The notes beneath the pieces are model-generated. The model searched no databases, was not told the origin of the DNA, and saw only the letters and a list, made by a program, of their open reading frames with translations. 64,000 nt of DNA from the NCBI RefSeq assembly GCF_009914755.1, contig NC_060929.1, one strand, 5' to 3'. The number at the start of each line of letters is the position of its first letter. The stretch's first letter is position 1. Origin of the DNA: the human T2T-CHM13v2.0 reference genome, Homo sapiens. Shown one piece after another: positions 1-17,029 of this stretch. A program made the position numbers and the translations under genes.

Positions 1-155
1 AGGCATGTGCTAAGAGGTAGACTTAATTTCATTGGTATTCATTATTATCCTGTGAAGTAGATATTATTACCTTCATCCCACTCATGGTGAAATTGAGATT
101 TAGAGAGGTTAAGTCACTTGCTGAAGCTCACAACTGTTAGAGCCAGGATTTCATG
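1..155 (+). mobile_element. MIR SINE fragment
   Basis: MIR core-like 'gagaggttaagtcacttgctgaagctcaca...agagccaggatttca'. Confidence 0.7.
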
Positions 156-1264
156 CAGTTTTCCCTAATCATAAGCCCTGTGTTCCTGATCTCTGCATTT
201 GCAAAACAGCTTCCAAATTATATCTTTTTAATTTTAATCTTTAAAGAAGGTGGGGGTACCAAAACTGACTGGTACCACAGGATATGGCATATTTATTCTG
301 CAATGTCACATGCCTCTTGGGCGCAGGACCATATACCCCTGAATGTGTGCATATGCCAATTTGAGAAAGAGAAAACAAAATAGGCCAATCAAAGCTTATT
401 CATGAAGAGTTATTCTGACATATTTTCAGACAGCATTTTGGATGATTTTCTGAAGTTGCCCTCTCCCCTAGGCTGGTGACCTTGGGCACCTACTCAATCT
501 CCATAGTCCACTCCTAACTGAACAACTCAACTGCACTCATTGCAGAAGCAACCTCCTGAATTCAAGTCCTCTGTTACTGTCCTCTTTCACAGAAAGCCTT
601 TCATCTTCCAAAAAGGCAGCCAAAATATTTCATATATTTATTAGAGGGTGATTTAGAAGTGTTAATATTTAATTCCTTCTCCCATTTTTTTAACAAGAGT
701 TTGATTTTAAGACATCAAGTTGGCCAACTGAGCAATAATAACATGCCTGAGAGTGAAGAAATAGTACGCTATTAACAAGTGATTTCAAATTAATCCCAGG
801 ATATTTCCAACATGGAAATGCACCTCCTAACACCCTTATCTTTTTGGCCTCATGCACCTGGCTATGGAAGAGATTTACACTTGCAAATTCTAAGCTCTAA
901 CAGAGTAATATTTCTGCTTCAACCCAGCTTCAATCTATTCTTTAGAAATAAAGAAAAGAAAATACTTTGTTGTATTTGGCATTGAGATTTGTTCAGTGCA
1001 AAGAGGTGGCATTTGCTGGGATGAAAGAAAAAGGAGTATTTAAGGACTGGCATAAAAAATTGGAAGAAATAAACTGGAAGAATTGATGGCTCATGGGGCT
1101 TGAAGACAGACCTAGTGAGGAAAAAGGCTTTTCTATTTCTGCAAATTTAGTTCAAAGTTATTGTTTTTGTTTGGTAGGCCTGAGTTTGGGGTTAACCAAA
1201 AAACCTCCTGGTTTCCTTCAGGTACAAGGAGGGAAGCATAATAAGAACTATAGGGACAATTAGT

Positions 1265-1500
1265 TTTTTATTAAACATGTACCATATGCCAGGCACTGTG
1301 TTAAACTCCTCATTTTGTGTCATTTTATTTAGTTTTAATCCCCTCAGCAACCTCAATAGGGAAGTTCTGTTATTGCCACTATTTTGCAAATGATGAAAAT
1401 GAGACATGGATAGGCTAAAAAACTTATCACATCAGTAATAAGTGACAGAGCTGGGGCATTTCAAACCTGGAGGCTGTCCTCCCAGTCACAATATGCTGCC
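1265..1500 (+). mobile_element. MIR SINE
   Basis: 'atgccaggcactgtgtta...attttgcaaatgatgaaaatgagac...agtgacagagctgggg...tttcaaacc' follows the MIR layout. Confidence 0.75.
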
Positions 1501-1672
1501 ACTATGGAAAGGTCCTCCAGGCCCAAGAAGCTACAGTCCTGATCAAGGTCACTTCACCAGCACCGGGAAGGGGACCCTGGACTCCAGTGTCAAGGATGCC
1601 TTTTCTGTAGCATTCTCTATTCTTCCTACTACCCTACAGACTTGGGGTCCTTTACAGCTGAAAGAGACCTGA

Positions 1673-2376
<704 letters not shown>

Positions 2377-5300
2377 GATGATCTACTTCCCTTCTCCACT
2401 CCATTTTACTATGAGGTCACTGAGGCCCAGAAGTAATAATAGCCTGTCCAAGGTCAGAAACAAGAGCAGTGTCTCCAGGATCATCTTGTCCTTACTTCTT
2501 TATGTTTACTGCTTACTCCAACACCCTTCCCCACCTATGGCTACTGTGCATAGCACATCTATATTCAATAGTGCTTCTGTTATACCCACTTGCCTCATCA
2601 AAACTCATTCATCCAGTGTCCTAATACCACAAGTTTTTGCTAGTTGATCCTGTTATGTCAAAAAACTAAAAGAATCCTAGAATGTCAGAGTAGGAAAGTC
2701 TCAAACATATAATCTTACCCATTTCCTTCATTTTAAAAATCAGAACAGTGGCCCAGAAAAGACAAGACATTTGATAGTGCCTAAGAACCTCAATGGATGT
2801 GCAGTATTAGAGTACAGGAAGAAAATAAACCAGAACCTCTTTTATATTGATTTTATATTAAAGTTGAGAAAGAAATTAAGGTTTACTTCTACATAACATG
2901 CAGGCTGGCACTGGTTCTATCAGCCTGCAGTTAGGAGATCACTTATTACCTATTGTACATGATGGGCCTGAAAGAAGAATGGCTTTAAACACAGTTTAGA
3001 GATGACAGTGGACCCTCTTGTTTGCTTGGTTTTAGAATATTACAATATATTGAAACTTATATGCTTTAGGATTTCACTACAGTTGTTAATTTATTAAAGA
3101 AATAAGACTGGTACATGGTAGGATGTTCTTTCTTCATAGTGGGATGCAGTTGACATTTAATTAATTGATTTTTGACTGCTATATAGCAGCATTATACAAC
3201 AATCTCCTTTTTTCCAACCTTTAAGTTCAGGGGTACATGTGCAGGATGTGTAGGTTTGTTACACAGATAAACATGTGCCATGGTGGTTTACCACACAGAT
3301 CATCCCATCACCTAGGTATTAAGCCCAGCATCCACTAGCTATTCTTCCTGATCCTATCCCTCCTCTCACCCACCATCCTCCAACAGGCTTCAGTATGTGT
3401 TGTTCCCTCCCATGTGTCCCTGTGTTCTCATCATTTAACTCTCATTTATAAGTGAGAACATGTGGTATTTGGTTTTCTGTTCCTGCATTAGTTTGCTGAG
3501 GATAATGGCCTCCAGCTCCATCCATGTCCCTGCAAAGGACAGGATCTTATTCCTTTTTATGGCTGCATAGTAGTCTGTGGTGTATATCTACTACATTTTC
3601 TTTACCCAGGTTATCACTGATGGGTATTTAGGTTGATCCCAAGTATTTGCTATTGTGAATAGTGCTGCAATGAACATACACATGCACGTGTCTTTATAAC
3701 AGAATGATTTATATTCTTTTGAGTATATATGCAGTATTGAGATTGCTGGGTCAAATGGTATTTCTGTCTTTAGTCTTTGAGGAATCACCACACTGTCTTC
3801 CACAATGGTTGAACAAATTTACACTCCCATCAATAGTGTACAAACCTTTTTCTCTGCAGCCTTTCCAGCAACTGTTACTTTTTGACTTTTTAATAATTGC
3901 CGTTTTGACTGATGTGAGATGGTATCTCATTGTGGTTTTGATTTGCATTCCTCTAATGATCAGTGATGTTGAGCTTTTTTCCATGTTTATTGGCCACATG
4001 TATGTCTTCTTTTGAGAAGTGTCTGTTCATGTCCTTTGCCCACTTTTTAATGCAGTTGTTTGCTTTTTTCTTGTAAATGTGTTTAAGTTCCTTAAAGATG
4101 CTGAATATTAGACCTTTGTCAGATGCATAGATTGCAAAAACTTTCTCCCATTCTGTAAGTTGTCTGCTCACAATGTTAATAGTTCCCTTTGCTGTGCAGG
4201 AACTCTTTAGTTTAATTAGATCCCGTTTGTCAATTTTTGCTTTGGTTGCAATTGCTTTTGGCGTCTTTGTCACAAAAACTTTGCCTATGCCTATATCCTG
4301 AATGGCATTGCCTAGGTTTTCTTCTAGGGTTTTTATAATTTTGAGTTTTACATTTAAGTGTTTAATCCACCTTGTGTTAGTTTTTGTATATGGTGTAAGG
4401 AAGAAGTCCAGTTTCAATTTTCTGCATATGGCAAGCCAGTTCTCCCAGCACCATTCATTATATGGGGAATTCTTTCCCCATTGCTTGTTCTTGTCAGGTT
4501 TGTCAAAGATCAGATGCTGATATGTGTACAGTCTTATTTCTCGGTTCTCTATTCTGTTCCACTGGTCTATGTGTCTGTCTTTGTACCAGTACTGTGCTGT
4601 TTTGGTTACTGTAGCCCTGTGGTATAGTTTGAACTCAGGTACCATAATGCCTTTTTGTAGACTTGTTCTTTTTACTTAGGATTGCCTTGGCTATTCGGGC
4701 TCTTTTTTTGGTTCCATATGAATTTTAAAATCGTTTCTTCTAATTCTGTGAAGAATGTCAATGGTAGTTTAATGCAAATGCATTGAATCTATAAATTGCT
4801 TTGGGCAGTATGGCCGTTTTCACAATATTGACTCTTCCTATCCATGAACATGCAAAATTTTTCCATTTGTTTGTGTCATCTGTGATTTCTTTGAGCAGTG
4901 ATTTGTAGTTCTCCTTGAAGTGATCCTTCACTTCTCTTGTTAGCTGTATTCCTAGGTGTTTTATTCTTTTTGTAGCAATTGTGAATAGGAGTTCATTCAT
5001 GATTTGGCTTTTGCCTTACCTGTTGGTGTATAGAAATGCTAGCAATTTTTGCATATTGATTTTGTAACCTGAGACTTTGCTGAAGTTGCCTGTCAGCTTA
5101 AGAAGCGTTTGGGGTGAGATGATGGGGTTTTCTAGATATAAGATTATGTCATCTGCAAACAAAGAGAGTTGACTCCCTCCCTTCCTATTTGTATACCCTT
5201 TATTTCTTTTTCTTCTCTGATTGCCCTGGCCAGAACTTCCAATACCGTGTTGAATAGGAGTGGTGAGAGAGGGCATCCTTGTATTGGGTTGGTTTCCAAG

Positions 5301-6685
5301 GAAAATGCTCCCTACTTTTGCCCATTCAGTATGATATTGGCCATGAGTTTGTTATAGATGGTTCTTATTATTTTAAGGTATCTTCCTTCAATACCTAGTT
5401 TACTGAGACTTTTAACATGAAGAGATGTTGAATTTTATCAAAGGCCTTTTCTGCATACATTGAGATAAACATGTGAGTTTTGTCGTTAGTTCTGTTTATG
5501 TGATGAATCACATGTATTGATTTGTGTATGTTGAACCAACCTTGCATCCTGGGGATGCAGCCGACTTGATCATGGTGGATAAGCTTTTTGATGTGTTGCT
5601 GGATTTGGTTTGCCAGTATTTTGTTGAGAACTTTCGCATTAATGTTCATCAAGAATATTGGCCTGAACTTTTCTTTTTTGTTGTATCTCTGCCAGGTTTT
5701 GGTATCAAGAAGATGCTGGCCTCATAGAATGAGTTAGAGAGGAGTCCCTTCTTTTCAAGTTTTTGGAATAGTTTCAATAGGAGTGGTACAAGCTCATTTT
5801 TGTACCTCTGCTAGAATTTAGCCATGAGTCCATCTGGTCCTGGGTTTTATTGGTTGTTAAGCTATTTATTACTGCCTGAATTTCAGAACTCACTACTGGT
5901 CTTTTCAGGGATTCAATTTCTTCCTGGTTCAGTCTTGGAAGGGTGTATGTGTCCAGGAATTTATCCATTTCTTCTAGATTTTCTAGTTTATATGCATATA
6001 GGTGTTTATAATATTCTCTGATGGTTGTTTGTATTTGTGTGGAGTCAGTGGTGATATCCTCCTTATCATTTCCAATTGTGTTTATTTGAATCTTTACTCT
6101 TTTCTTTTTTATTAGTCTAGCTAGTGGTCTGTTTTATTAATTTTCTCAAAAATCAGCTCCTGGATTCATTGATCATTTAAATGGCTTGTCATGTCTCTAT
6201 CTCCCTTCAGTTCAGCTCTTATCTCTGTTATTTCTTGTCTTCTGCTAGCTTTGGGGTTTGTTTGCTCTTGGTTCTCTAGTTCTTTTAGTTGTGATGTTAG
6301 GTTATTAACTTGAGTTTCTAGATTTTTTGATTTGGGCATTTGGTGCTATAATTTTCCCTCTTAACACTGCTTTAACTGCATCCCAGAGATTCTGGTACAT
6401 TGCCTCTTTGTTCTCATTAGTTTCAAAGAACTTCTTGATTTCATAAATTTCATGATTTACCAAAAAATTATTCAAGGGCAGGCTGTTCAATTTCCATGTA
6501 GTTGTATGGCTGTGAGTGAATTTCTTAATCTTGAGTTCTAATTTGATTGCACTGTGGTTCAAGATAATTTTTGTTATGATTTCACTTCTTTTGCCTTTGC
6601 TGAGGCTATGTGATCAATTTTAGAGTGTCATGTGGTGATAAGAAGAATGTATATTCTGTTGTTTCTGGGTGGAGAGTGCAACAGA

Positions 6686-6823
6686 TATCCATCAGCTCCA
6701 CTTGATCCAGAGCTGAGTTCAGGTCCTGAATATCTTTGTTAATTTTCTGTCCTGATGTATCCATCAGATCCACTTGATCCAGAGCTGAGTTCAGGTCCTG
6801 AATATCTTTGTTAATTTTCTGTC
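6686..6823. repeat. 72-bp tandem duplication inside the L1 endonuclease region
   Basis: 'tatccatcag.tccacttgatccagagctgagttcaggtcctgaatatctttgttaattttctgtc' occurs at 6686 and 6758; the peptide QKINKDIQDLNSALDQV appears twice. Confidence 0.95.
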
Positions 6824-7430
6824 TTAATGATCCGTGTAATATTGTCAGTGGGGTGTTATATTTTCCCACTCTTTTTTTTAGAGTCTAAGTTTCTTTGAAG
6901 GGCTCTAAGAATTTGCTTTATGAATCTGGGTGCTTCTGTATTGGGTGCATATATATGTAGGATAGTTAGCTCTTCTTGTTGAATTGAACCCCTTACCATT
7001 AGGTAATGCCCTTCTTTGTCTTTTTTTTAAATCTTTGTTGGTTTAAAGTCTGTTTTGTCAGAAACTAAGATTGCATCCCCTCTTTTTTCTGTTTTCCACT
7101 TGCATGTAAATTTTTCTCCATCCCTTTATTTTGAGCCTATGTGTATCTTTGCGTGTGAGATAGGTCTCTTAAAGACAGCATACTGACGGGTCTTGATTCT
7201 TTATCCAGCTCCCCACTCTGTGTCCTTTAATTGGAGCATTTAGCACTCTTACATTTAAGGTTACTATTGTTATGTGTGGATTTGATCCTATCATCATGAT
7301 GCTAGCTGGTTATTTTGCAGACTTGTTTATGTGATTGCTTCATAGTGTCATTGTCTGTGTACTTCAGTGTGTTTTTGTAGTGGCTGGGGAGTACTGACTT
7401 GTTGCCAGCCCAAATGTACCTGTAGGAGGT

Positions 7431-8440
7431 GGCTGGAGACCCCAGTTGGGAGGTCTCACCCTGTTAGGAGGAACGGGATCAGGGACCCGCTTAAAGAAGC
7501 AGTCTGGCTGCATTTTGGTAGAGCAGCCATGCTGTTGGGGATCACTTCAGCCCCCTCCCCACCCTCAATCAGTTTCGGCTCTCCAAGGCCCACAGGCTGG
7601 ACTAGCTGAGACACCCAAATAGCAAAGGTAGCAGCCCACCCCGCTCCCCTGGCACTCCATCCCAGGGAGAAATTAGAATTCTGTCAGCTGTAGAACACAG
7701 GTAGGGGTGGCTAGAGGTCCTGGCTGGGAGGACAAACCCAGCAAGGAGGAATGGAATGGAGTCCCATTTAAAGAAGTGGTCTGGCCACACCTTGACAAAA
7801 CAGCCTCACGGTGCTGGGAAACTACCTCTGCCCTGGTTGGCTTAGACTCTCCAAAGCCCACAGTCTAGAACAGCCAAGTAATCCAAAAACAAAGGTAGCG
7901 CCTTGCCCCCTCACCCTAGACACTTCGTCCCAGAAAGATCAGAGCTGGAGGTAGCTGGAGGCCCTGGCTGGGAGGTCCTGCCCAGTAAGGAGAAATGGAT
8001 CAGGCTTCCACTTAAAGAAGCAGTCTGGCCACATTTTGGCAAAGCAGCTGTGCTGTGCTAGGGGGTCCCCTCCTTGTCTGGACTGTTTGGACTCTTCAAA
8101 GCCAGCAGGCTGGAATGGCTGAGTCATCCAAACAACAAAGGTGGCAGCCTACCTGTCCTGCCTGGCACTCCCTCTGTCCCAGGGACAAAGCAGGCAGGGG
8201 TGGCTGGAGGCCCTGGCTGGGAGGTCCTGCCCAGTGAGGAGGAATGGATCAGGGTCCCAGTTAAAGAAGAAGTCTAGCCACATTTTGGTAAAGCAGTTGT
8301 GTTGCACGGGAAGTAGAGGGGGGCATTCCTTCCTTATCCGGGCTATCTGGACTATCCAAGGCCCACAAGCTGGAATAGCCTAGTCGTCCAAACAGCAAAG
8401 ATGGTGGCCCTCCCCTCCCCCTGGGGGATCCATCCCATCT
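7431..8440. repeat. Four ~250-280 bp tandem units in the L1 5'UTR
   Basis: Unit 'ggctggaggccctggctgggagg...ttaaagaagcagtctggccaca' starts at 7431, 7709, 7953 and 8202. Confidence 0.9.
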
Positions 8441-9084
8441 CACACAGGCTCACCCTATTGCCAATGACTGGCTAGAATTCCAGGCCAATGGGTTTTATCT
8501 TGTGAGGTGCTGGTGGAAGTGGGGCCCACAGACCAAGGCTGCTTGGCCCCCAGCTTCAGGCCCTTTCCTAGGGGTATGTACAGACCTCCCACCTTGCCTG
8601 AGTTGCAGTCACCTTTATCAGAGATTCCGGGCCGGAATATGTAAAGCTCCTGGGTCTCTGTGCATGCCTAAGCAGCTGCTCTGTGGAGACTCCACATAGT
8701 TCTGTGTGTTAGACCCAAGGCCCTGGTGGAGTGGGCTCATGAGGGGATCTCCTGATCCTAGGGTTGCAAATATCCATGCAAAGATCCATGGAAGAAGTGG
8801 GGTTTCCCAAGGTCACACATTCACTCACCATTCCCCTTGGCTGGGAATGGGGGTTCCCTTGGCTCTCTGTCTCTCCTGGGTGGGTTGTCACCCTGCCCTG
8901 CTTTTCTTTGTTCTCCATGGATTGAATCATTTCCCTGATCAGTCCCAATGCGAGTACCTGGATATTTCACTTGAAGGTGCTGTATTCATTCGCCCCTCTG
9001 TTTCTCTCCATGAATGCCCCACAGTAGCTGCTTTTAATCAGCAATCTTGCTCCATTTACTGGAATGTTTATAACATTCTGCAAT

Positions 9085-10390
<1,306 letters not shown>

Positions 10391-10879
10391 AAAGACTCAT
10401 AGCTAGGGGATTTGGAAACCCAGGGCCTAGAAGCACTCTTGGCCATGGTCATATTTGCCAGAGTCAGAAAAGCTCGGCATTAGATGCCAAGTCCCTGCCA
10501 TGGCAGCCAGCAGATAAGAACAACTAAGCCATGTGAGTTCTCTGAATGCAGGGAAAACCCCAAGGGTCACTCTCCAGTCCTATCTCAATTCTAAAAGGCT
10601 ACAAGCTTTTTGAAAAGCTTCACAAAGTTTAAAACTTTGTGTGGAGCTAGTGTCCAGCCATGTTAATCCTCTCCTTGAAAATCTCAAAATATTTCCCTTG
10701 CCCAACGTTTACAATCCATGGATCTTTCCCATTTTCCACTGAATTTCTCTTACCAAAGAAGGAATAAATTTTACAACAAACTCACATTGTCCTTAAAGAT
10801 TTTAGAGTACATCAATTCAATGGTAGAGTAAGTAGCCATTAAAATAATAAAATAGATATTTATTGATTGAAATGATGTA

Positions 10880-11413
<534 letters not shown>

Positions 11414-11539
11414 AAGGCTGTTTTTTAATTGAACTGATCCAAATAGGTATTCCCACTGAACAGCCCCTAAGAGGGGTTTTACTTGAAACAACGAGAATAA
11501 CAATCACCCTTACTATAGAACGATAGTTTTGTTTTAAAA

Positions 11540-12080
11540 GCCTTTTTAGTCCATTACCTCCTTCAACTCTGGCAACACAATATTCTTAAAGCACCAACAA
11601 CCTGAAATTGTTTCTCCCCTGCTCAAACCCCCTTCTAAAGGGGTCTACTATTCCAGAATAAAATCCAAGATCATTTGTATGGTATGCGGACCTCTTATAA
11701 TCTAGCCTTATCTTACCGCTTCGGCTTGATTTCCTTCTGCTTCCCACCTCCCCATATATTCTAGCTACCCTGTTCCTGAATCCATCATACACTTCCCTGC
11801 CTCTTTTTTATCTTTTCTCTCTAGAATGCCTTTTTTATATGTTCTACTTTATAAACTCCTGTCAGTTCTTTAAAACTCAGATCAAATGTTTCTCTATTGA
11901 GAAATTATTACTCACACATAATATTCTCTCTATCCTCACAGCGGCTTTCATTTTCCTTTGATAGCACACTTCCCTAGGGGACAGCAAATCCCTCAAGAGC
12001 AAGGGCTCTGTTTATTCAATTCTGAATTAACACTAACAACAATTCCTGGCATACAGGTGACAGTCAATAACTAGTAGGTT
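11540..12080 (+). mobile_element. L2 LINE 3' fragment
   Basis: Pyrimidine-rich L2 pattern ending 'cctggcatacaggtgacagtcaataa'. Confidence 0.65.
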
Positions 12081-12417
12081 TCTTAAAGAAAAGAAAGGTA
12101 CCTTTGCACAAGACATAGGAAAGAAAAAGTTAGATTAAGATAGGATTCTCAAAAGACATGGCTAGACTTAGTAAGGGAAATCTCAGTGTGGTTCAATGAT
12201 AAGTGATAAGACAAGCCCAAGCAGGAAAACGATATAGCAGCTGCTATATTTGAATCATCCCACCCAACCAGCACACCCAAAGGTCTCACCTTCTCTCGAC
12301 AAGATAGGAATTTGATACTTTTCATGTAAGTTTGGGATGCTAAAGGCAAAACAAAACAAAACTTGGTGGGAGCTTCCCGTGGTCCTGAAGCTATTGAACT
12401 CTAGCCACCCATTTCCC

Positions 12418-13270
<853 letters not shown>

Positions 13271-13509
13271 CAGGACCAACGGATGGGTAGAGGGCTTTGA
13301 CGCTCCTCTGGATTAATCCTGAACCTTAATCTTTAGGACTAGCCAACCACATGATTTCTCTGGTTATGGTCTTGATCCTAAGACCAAACTATGTAAAATT
13401 GAGTGTGGAGAATATGGGGTAAGGAGTATACACAAACAAGAAAGTAGATCATTTATAATTCTATAAGAGACAAACATAAAACCCAGGGTAGCCAATTTGG
13501 AATGTTGCT

Positions 13510-13645
13510 AATCAGACCACTAGAATGTAAGCTTTGGAAACACAGGTCCTTTGTCTGTCTTATTTATAACTAGATCTCCAGTGCTCATAATAGTGCCTGA
13601 CACACATTAGGTGCTCAATATATACCAAATGAACAAACAAGTGAA
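13510..13645 (+). mobile_element. L2 3' terminus
   Basis: 'actagaatgtaagct...tagtgcctgacacacattaggtgctcaata'. Confidence 0.8.
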
Positions 13646-13661
13646 GAAAATGAACAACAGA

Positions 13662-14040
13662 TGTGGTAGCCAAGCCGATGTATCTTGCACATCTCCAGCT
13701 ACTGGGAACTTTGTTTACCAAAGGCCACTGATGAAATTCACCAAGTTTCCCGTGGACTTCCGCCAACCGCTGCCCGAATGTGACACAGATACTGTGGCAG
13801 GCCCATTATGGAGACACAAGACTCCCTGATAGCCTTGGTGAGGCTTCCTTCGACTGCTCATTGGTCTATGATGCTTCCACCAGGCCTTCTTTCCTTCTTC
13901 CTTTACTAGGAGCCTGACTTGCCTGTTAGTCTGATAGATCTCCCAGCCTCTCCTGCTTCCCTCTCCAGTATTTCTCCAAGCACTTCTCCTAATTAAATCC
14001 CATCTTGGCTTTTGCTTCTTGGAGCACCCAGACTAATGCA
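13662..14040 (+). mobile_element. ERVL-class solo LTR (LTR16-like)
   Basis: TG...CA termini; 3' end 'aaatcccatcttggcttttgcttcttggagcacccagactaatgca'. Confidence 0.6.
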
Positions 14041-14909
14041 AAAGATTTAGAATACTTTCAACTGAGATGCAAACTAACAGAATCTCTTGCTCATCCGGTA
14101 TTACCTATTTATGTACTTCCTTCCCAGGCAGGAATTAAGCAACCCTGAAGCCAAAGAGAAGAACAGGTCTATAATTGCTCCTAAACAGTAAAAGGGAGAT
14201 GTTGAAGAGATACTGAAAAAGCATTCTTTTATTTCTTCCTATGTCCTGATATATAGAAGCTACTTTATATCCTAGTAAAGTCTTACTTTAATGTCCTTAA
14301 AAAGTAGGCTCTTTATAGCTGTAATTTCCATAACTCAAAGTCTTTGATCAGAAAGCAATTTTTTTATCTAGTCTCCTGGATTCGTTGATAAAAGAACCAG
14401 TGATTTCTGTGCTGTACTCAAAGATATACAAATCTCTAACACATCCTTGATCAAAATTTATTCTCCCAACATCCATGTAAATTAAGTGGAGCACAGAATA
14501 CTATCCCCATTCCACAAGTGAAGACACTGACATTTAATAATACAAAGTAGCTTCTTAGTAATTTACAGAATACAGAGTACCCACACATAGGTCTTGTGAC
14601 TTGGAACACAGGGCTCTTTCTCCACATCATGCTACCTGTCATAGCTAGGGCCATGGAGTGAACATGTTATTTTTTTCCATTCCCAGAATCTATTCTGCTT
14701 TTTTCTGATAACAACATCCCACCTCTATTCTAGATTATGAGTTAATTATGGGCTAATTCTACCAGAGCTCAGAAGGTGAATATATGACCCAAGATATGCA
14801 AATCGTACATTAAATGCTCTATAAATAGACAAAATAACCCAAGCAAGGCCACTGAAAGGCACCTGGAATCTTGCTACATTGCCTGGGAATAAACCAATGC
14901 AGCAAAACG

Positions 14910-16040
14910 TATAAGGAGCTCAAACAATTCTATTAAAATATAAGAAAAATCTAATAGTCTAACTTAAAAATGGACAAAAGGTCTGCATAGACATTTCTCA
15001 AAAGAAGACATACAAATGGCAAACAGGCATATGAAAAGGTGCTCAACGTAAGTGATCATCTGAGAAATGCAAATCAAAACTACAATGAGATATCATCTCA
15101 CCCCAGTTAAAATGCCTTTTAACTTAAAGACAAGCAGTAACAAATGCTGTCAAGGATGTAGAGAAAAGGGAACACTTGCACACTGTTGGTGAGAATGTAA
15201 ATTCATACAACCACTATGAAGAACAGTTTGGAGGTTTCCCCCAAAATATTAAAAGTAGAGCTGCCATACAACCCAGCAATCTCACTCCTACTATGCACCC
15301 AAAAGAAAGGAAATCAAAATATCGAAAAGATATCTGTACTCCCATGTTTATTGCAGTACTATTCACAATAGCCAAGATTTGGAAGCAACCTAAGTGTCCA
15401 TCAACAGATTAATGGATAAAGAAAATGTGATATATATATAGAATTAAACACTATTCAGCCATAAAAAAAAAAGAATGAGATCACGTCATTTGCAACAACA
15501 TGGATAGAACTGGAGGTCATTACGTTAAGTGAAATAAGCCAGGCACAGAAAGACAAACACCACATGTTCTCACTTATTTGTGCGGGCTAAAAATAAAACA
15601 ATTGAGATCTTGGAGATAGAGATTTATCAGAGGATAGAGAGTTAACTATGGTAACTCTCTATCTAGGATAGAATGGTTACCAGAGGTGGGGAAGGATAGT
15701 GGTGAGGTTAGGGGAAGTGGGGATAGTTAATGAGTACAAAAAGAAAATAGTTGGAAAAATGAATAAGACCTAGTATTTGCTAGCACAACAAGATGACTAT
15801 AGTCACATTTGACTATAGTAAAAAAAATTAACTGAATCACACATTTTAAAATAATTTAAAAAGAATGACTGGATTGTTCATAACACAAAGGATAAATGTT
15901 TGAGGAGATGGATATCCCATTAACCCTCATGTGATTATTACATGCCTGAATCAAAATATCTCATGTAACCCATAAACATATATACCTACTATGTACCCAA
16001 AACATTTTTAAATTAAAAATTAATTTTAAAATGTTAAAAA
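14910..16040 (+). mobile_element. L1MA (about MA1-3) 3' fragment
   Basis: ORF2 C-terminal peptide ([23 protein letters not shown]) plus an L1MA-type 3'UTR. Confidence 0.9.
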
Positions 16041-16058
16041 ACTATATGGTGAAAATCA

Positions 16059-16407
<349 letters not shown>

Positions 16408-17029
16408 AGAAACATGAATGCCCAGTGACTCCAGCACCTGGATCCAGCTATGCCTAAAGCTGTGAATTATAGATTTTACAATTGTGAGAGCTAATAAATG
16501 CCTTTTTAAAAAATTTAGATACCCTGAGTTGCATTTCAGTCAATTGTCAAAAGCATGAAAGAAAGGAATCAATATTATATAGATACTGATAGTACCTCAG
16601 AAAGGGAAAAATAATCACAATAAGTAATTATTATTTAGAGCTGGAATGTGGCTAGCATGTGGCTTTACGTAAACTAATTTTTTTTCCTTTGTTTGTTTTT
16701 TTAAGTCATGGAGGACAGTTCCCAAAATCCAGTTTTATTTCCATTTCTATCAATGAGCAGAGACAAGAACTGAAATCAAGAAACTTCAAAAGGATTTTTC
16801 CTTGAACTTCAAAAATTCAGTTGGATAATTCTCCCTAGACATGTTAATGTCTGCACCAGAAAGAATAAAATAGTTTCTATAATTCCACAAGCTTTAGACT
16901 TTCAGAGGAAAGGTAATTTGTCACTGAAGTAAAGAGATGAAAAGTGGGGGTAAAGGTGTCTCAGAGGAAAGAGGAAAAACTAGATCAATACTGGAAAATG
17001 TTAGAATATACAAGTAAAGTCTCACCCCA

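Larger units (their letters stand above)
3207..9051 (-). mobile_element. Older primate L1 (about L1PA13-16/L1PREC2-like) with both ends, decayed ORF2, most of ORF1 deleted and a tandem-repeat 5'UTR
   Basis: Minus-strand ORF2 fragments at 3591-6869 cover EN, RT (LFADD) and the C-terminal region; ORF2 start MIGSNPHITIVTLNV at ~7294; 5' end 'ggagcaagattgctga' at ~9051. Confidence 0.93.

Noticed and set aside
3953-4645. 230-aa ORF
   Set aside because: Fragment of decayed L1 ORF2.
7431-8440. Tandem units as a CRISPR-like array or novel satellite
   Set aside because: The DNA is eukaryotic, there are no unique spacers, and the units lie inside an L1 5'UTR.
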